A stretch of 64,000 nucleotides of DNA, from positions 4,221,299-4,285,298 of the forward strand of contig CP070825.1 of the NCBI GenBank assembly GCA_020344415.1. Reading direction: 5' to 3'. A program made the translations under genes and the position numbers. The notes under the pieces were generated by a model. The model was not told the DNA's origin. It worked only from the letters and a program-made list of their open reading frames with translations, and made no database searches. Numbering within the stretch: position 1 is the first letter of the stretch; the number at the start of each line of letters is the position of its first letter. Origin of the DNA: Candidatus Aminicenantes bacterium (lineage in GTDB: Bacteria > Acidobacteriota > Aminicenantia > Aminicenantales > Aminicenantaceae). Positions 60,554-64,000 of this stretch are shown in pieces.

Positions 60554-62740
60554 ATGAGTTACAAAATCGTTAAAATATCTACGCCAATCCTTTTTTCTCT
60601 AATTGTATTTCTGACTTTCAATAACAACATTTCCTCATCTCCTCAAACTCAAGAAAAACCTTTGGAACATAAAGTAGAAGTGGTTTTAATCGAAATTCCT
60701 GTCTATGTTGTTGATAAAGATGGAAATTCTATTCTCGACCTCAAACCAGAAGATTTTATTCTCTACGAAGACGGGAAAAGACGGAATATTTCGCATTTTG
60801 CTCTAGTCAAGAACGACTCGCCTGAAATTGCAAGTCTTGCCCGTCGCTATCCTGCGGCAAGGAGGCAATTTTTTCTCCTCTTTGATCTTTCTTTCTCATC
60901 TCCAAAAGGAATATTGAGGGCTCGAGAAGCTGGCCTCAAATTTATCAGGGAGAATATCCTTCCTCATGATTTGGCCGCTGTGGCCACCTCTTCTGTCTTT
61001 CAAGGGATTCAAATATTGACCAACTTCATTAACGATAAATCACAACTTGAGAGTTCTATAGAATCTTTGGGTTTAGTACCGACAACTCAAATTTCTAAGG
61101 GTCCTGTTGGCTTTCTCTTCAGCCCTGTGATTGCTTCCCAAGTCCATACAGTTGAAGCAGAGAGAGCCAGGGAAAAATCAGCGGCCCTGGAAGACCAACT
61201 GAGTAGCGCAGCTAAGCAGCTTCAGAACGCACAATGGCAAGACTACAAAGGATATGTCCAAGACTATGTGGCTGCTTTCAAAACGCTAGGTCAGGCCCTT
61301 AATATCATTAAAGGAAGAAAACATCTTGTTCTTTTTTCCGAAGGTTTTGATATAAAGGTTCTAACAGGAAAAACCCTAAAGGAGCTAAACGAAGAGACGG
61401 AGGCTATTGCATTTGATAGGGTAGCTATCTCAAGAGCAGATAAAGACCGCTTTGGCGACCCTTCCCTCAGATTAGCTTTAAACCAAGCTTTGCAACATAT
61501 CTCTTCCTCTGATTGCCTTATTCACACTATCGATGTCGGCGGGCTTAGAGCCCCAGGCGAGATAGAGGATACTAAGCAAAGAGATATTTATTTGTCTGGC
61601 CGGCGAGGTCAGGACACTCTCCACCTCATGGCTGCAGATACAGGAGGAAAGGCCTATCGCAATGTGAATGAATTGGATAAGCCTTTAGATGACCTTATGC
61701 GATTAACCAATTCTTATTACTTATTGGGATATTATCCTGAGGATAAGAAGAAAGAGGGAAAATTCCGAAAACTCAAGATAGAAGTTATAAGACCAGATTT
61801 ACAGGTATCCCACCGCAAGGGATATTATGAGGAAAAGTCATATGAAAAATACACTGATTTTGAGAAGAGACTGCATCTGGCCGAGCTTATAACAAAAGAT
61901 ATTCATCGAGATGACATAGTGGTGGATAGTTTTGTTTCAGGTTTTGAGGGTTCAAAAGATATTGCCAGAGTTGGAGTTTTTCTTAAATTCCCGGGGGGTC
62001 AATTTCTTGATGAAAAAAAGAAGGAAGTTAAGCTTGAAATATACGGCTATGCTATCGACAGCAGCGGCAAGTTTAGAGATTTCTTTTGTAACCCTTTAAA
62101 TATCGATGTCAAAAAGGCTCGAGATAAACTGCGAACACATGGTATAAAATATTTTGATTTACTTCTGGTTCCGCCAGGAGATTACAAGATAAGATGCCTT
62201 ATAAGAAATAGTCAGACAGGAGAAATTGGAGCTGTCACCAAAGAACTTTCAATACCAAATTATAATGACCCGAAACTCAAAGTCAGCCCTCCAATTTTTA
62301 TCGATAAAGATCCCCAGTGGTTATCCGTCCCGGGCTATGATCCTTTGAAACCCACAGGCCGTAAAGTAGGCGAAGGTCTACCCATTGACTACCCTTACTC
62401 TATTGGTGGAGAAGAATTTCTGCCGGGCATCGTCCCTACATATTTTGAACACACGCAGGCACAATTTCTGTTGAGGGTCCACAATCTAAAGCTTCATCCT
62501 GTGGCTAAAATCCCTCAGACAGATATGAAATTTGAAGTCATGGATGATACAGGCGTCTCTTATAAAGCTGTACAGATTCTCTCCATCAAGCCCTTCAGGG
62601 TCAAACAGAATTTATTCGAGCTCCTCTTCCAATTCGAACTCAAATCTCTTCCCCCGGGCTCTTACCGATTCAAAGTCATTTTAACCGATACTTTGGCCCA
62701 ACAAACTGTACAGACTTCTTCCCCTTTTATATATAAATAA
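60554..62740 (+). CDS. VWA-domain protein of the VWFA-related 'acidobacterial' type, exported
   Basis: The ATG at 60554 lies 7 nt after GGAGGA. The N-terminal VEVVLIEIPVYVVDKDGNSILDLKPEDFILYEDGKRRNISHF is typical of the VWFA-related domain family. FFLLFDLSFSS is a DxSxS MIDAS-like motif. Confidence 0.8.
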   Translation: MSYKIVKISTPILFSLIVFLTFNNNISSSPQTQEKPLEHKVEVVLIEIPVYVVDKDGNSILDLKPEDFILYEDGKRRNISHFALVKNDSPEIASLARRYPAARRQFFLLFDLSFSSPKGILRAREAGLKFIRENILPHDLAAVATSSVFQGIQILTNFINDKSQLESSIESLGLVPTTQISKGPVGFLFSPVIASQVHTVEAERAREKSAALEDQLSSAAKQLQNAQWQDYKGYVQDYVAAFKTLGQALNIIKGRKHLVLFSEGFDIKVLTGKTLKELNEETEAIAFDRVAISRADKDRFGDPSLRLALNQALQHISSSDCLIHTIDVGGLRAPGEIEDTKQRDIYLSGRRGQDTLHLMAADTGGKAYRNVNELDKPLDDLMRLTNSYYLLGYYPEDKKKEGKFRKLKIEVIRPDLQVSHRKGYYEEKSYEKYTDFEKRLHLAELITKDIHRDDIVVDSFVSGFEGSKDIARVGVFLKFPGGQFLDEKKKEVKLEIYGYAIDSSGKFRDFFCNPLNIDVKKARDKLRTHGIKYFDLLLVPPGDYKIRCLIRNSQTGEIGAVTKELSIPNYNDPKLKVSPPIFIDKDPQWLSVPGYDPLKPTGRKVGEGLPIDYPYSIGGEEFLPGIVPTYFEHTQAQFLLRVHNLKLHPVAKIPQTDMKFEVMDDTGVSYKAVQILSIKPFRVKQNLFELLFQFELKSLPPGSYRFKVILTDTLAQQTVQTSSPFIYK

Positions 62741-62795
62741 TCTCACAATTAGCCCCGCTTGACTTTCTGTTTTAGCTTTTCCCGAAGATTTCGTT

Positions 62796-64000
62796 TTACT
62801 TTATCTTAGACTTAAAAAACGCAAGAGCCTGTTCAGCCTTCTTCCTGAGAGATATATCTTTCGCAGGCGCGGAAGTTAAATACTTCTCCAAATACTTCAC
62901 CGCTTCAACATATCTTTGTAATTCCCCAGATGCAAGCCCTAGGAGAAAATAAGAACTGGGATTAGAATGCAATTCTAGCTCTTTAGAAAGGTATCTTATT
63001 GCCTTTTCAAAATCTTTTTTATAATAATATATTATCCCTAAGTTATTGTATGGCATTGGGTTGTCAGGCATTTTATTCAGAATATATTCGTATTCTTTGA
63101 TTGCTTTTTCATGTTTTTTAGCAAAGGTCAATTTCTGGGCGTATTCTAATCTCATCTCCAGTTTAGATGGAACAACGTTAACTGCTTTTTCTAAATAATT
63201 TAATGACTGATCTATCTCATTTAGAGATTTATATAAAGAAGCTAAGAAAAGCAGTGATTTAAGATGCTTCGGATTCATATTTAGAGCAGCCTCACTCGTT
63301 TTTATCGCCTCTTCAATCATTCCCTTTCCATAATAGCTCTTGGCCAGCATATAATAAGTATCTATATCAGCAGGATTGATTTTTATGATTTCTTGGAATT
63401 CCTTTATGGCTTTATCCCATTCCCCTTTCTTTTGATAGATCTCTCCTAAGGAATGATGAATCATCGCATTTTCAGGATCTTGCTTCATTATTTCTATCAA
63501 AATCTTCTCCCCTTCATCTAGTCTTCCCCCTTTTAAAGCCTGCTTGCCTTTGCTTATGTGTTCTAATAGCAAGATTTTATCTTTTGGGTCTGGACGCTCT
63601 TTCTCTTTGATATCAGAAGGCAGCCTCCCACTCACATATCCTAAAGCCCTTAATTTTTCTTGATCTTCCGGAGTCAATTCTCTTATTGATGGTTTCAATC
63701 CAGAAGATATTCTTTTCTCTAATTTTTTTAATCTATCCCTAAGCCCAACTGCAATTTTTTTATTCTCTTTAAATAGATTATTTTTCTCTTCAGGATCATT
63801 TTCTAGATTATACAGCTCTGACTTTGGGGCTTGAATATATTTCCATTTGTTAGTTCTGATTGATTTCAACGCTGACCATCCATATGAAATAGAGGGGTAA
63901 TAAGTCTCAGCATAAGATTCTTCTATTGCTTTAATTTTCTTATCTCTCATGAGAGGAATTAAGCTCGCCCCCTGACAATATTCAGGAATATCTATCTTCA
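62796..64000 (-). CDS. Sulfatase-family C-terminal region fused to a long TPR array (5' part of the gene lies beyond the right edge)
   Basis: The frame stays open upstream of the M at 63950 (..KIDIPEYCQGASLIPLMRDKK..). KWKYIQAPKSELYNLENDPEEKNNL is a typical sulfatase C-terminal motif. It is followed by about 7 TPR units. Confidence 0.75.
   Translation of the reverse strand, partial: KIDIPEYCQGASLIPLMRDKKIKAIEESYAETYYPSISYGWSALKSIRTNKWKYIQAPKSELYNLENDPEEKNNLFKENKKIAVGLRDRLKKLEKRISSGLKPSIRELTPEDQEKLRALGYVSGRLPSDIKEKERPDPKDKILLLEHISKGKQALKGGRLDEGEKILIEIMKQDPENAMIHHSLGEIYQKKGEWDKAIKEFQEIIKINPADIDTYYMLAKSYYGKGMIEEAIKTSEAALNMNPKHLKSLLFLASLYKSLNEIDQSLNYLEKAVNVVPSKLEMRLEYAQKLTFAKKHEKAIKEYEYILNKMPDNPMPYNNLGIIYYYKKDFEKAIRYLSKELELHSNPSSYFLLGLASGELQRYVEAVKYLEKYLTSAPAKDISLRKKAEQALAFFKSKIK

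Noticed and set aside
1-64000. Search for mobile genetic elements, defence systems, toxin-antitoxin pairs, rRNA and tRNA
   Set aside because: I saw no transposase, integrase or recombinase motifs, no tRNA-like sequences, no cas, restriction-modification, Abi-type or TA-like small gene pairs, and no long terminal inverted repeats beyond the ~100-nt element at 57100. Absence is by eye only and should be confirmed with profile searches.

Overview
Gene-dense 64-kb stretch of a bacterial chromosome with about 52 CDS. It looks AT-leaning (low to mid 40s %GC by eye, not computed), and most genes have strong AGGAGG-type ribosome-binding sites. I recognised no rRNA, tRNA, CRISPR array, transposase, integrase, phage gene or classic defence gene. 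The family content suggests an uncultured Acidobacteria-like or neighbouring lineage: two GWxTD-domain proteins followed by a VWFA-related VWA protein, an orphan duplicated FtsX permease, a LytS-type kinase with a LytTR regulator, many TPR fusions, and four twin-arginine signal peptides. I cannot assign it further from sequence alone. The dominant theme is exported or membrane hydrolases: three beta-lactamase-fold serine hydrolases, two M19 dipeptidases, M55, M28, S9 and S33 peptidases, an amidase, two amidohydrolases, a two-lobed retropepsin-like protease and a rhomboid. Housekeeping-type genes (DsbD, YeiH, NikR plus a TonB-dependent receptor) are interspersed. Points worth a second look: (1) An unannotated 36-codon four-Cys ORF is translationally coupled to an atypical radical-SAM-like enzyme (C-x8-C-x2-C). 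It sits inside an 11-gene same-strand cluster (20.2-32.1 kb) whose enzymes all point to D-amino-acid or cell-wall-peptide salvage. (2) A perfect GTGTTAC-N13-GTAACAC palindrome overlaps the promoter of a TonB-dependent receptor gene directly downstream of nikR. (3) A modular, BIME-like family of short palindromic intergenic repeats clusters at 52.5, 56.2 and 57.1 kb. (4) A GWxTD-GWxTD-VWA operon has no known function. (5) Several enzyme paralogues appear by eye to have lost catalytic metal ligands or catalytic residues (amidohydrolase HxH to RxR, Tat-exported M19, class-A-like hydrolase). All functional calls rest on motif recognition by eye. No database search was run.
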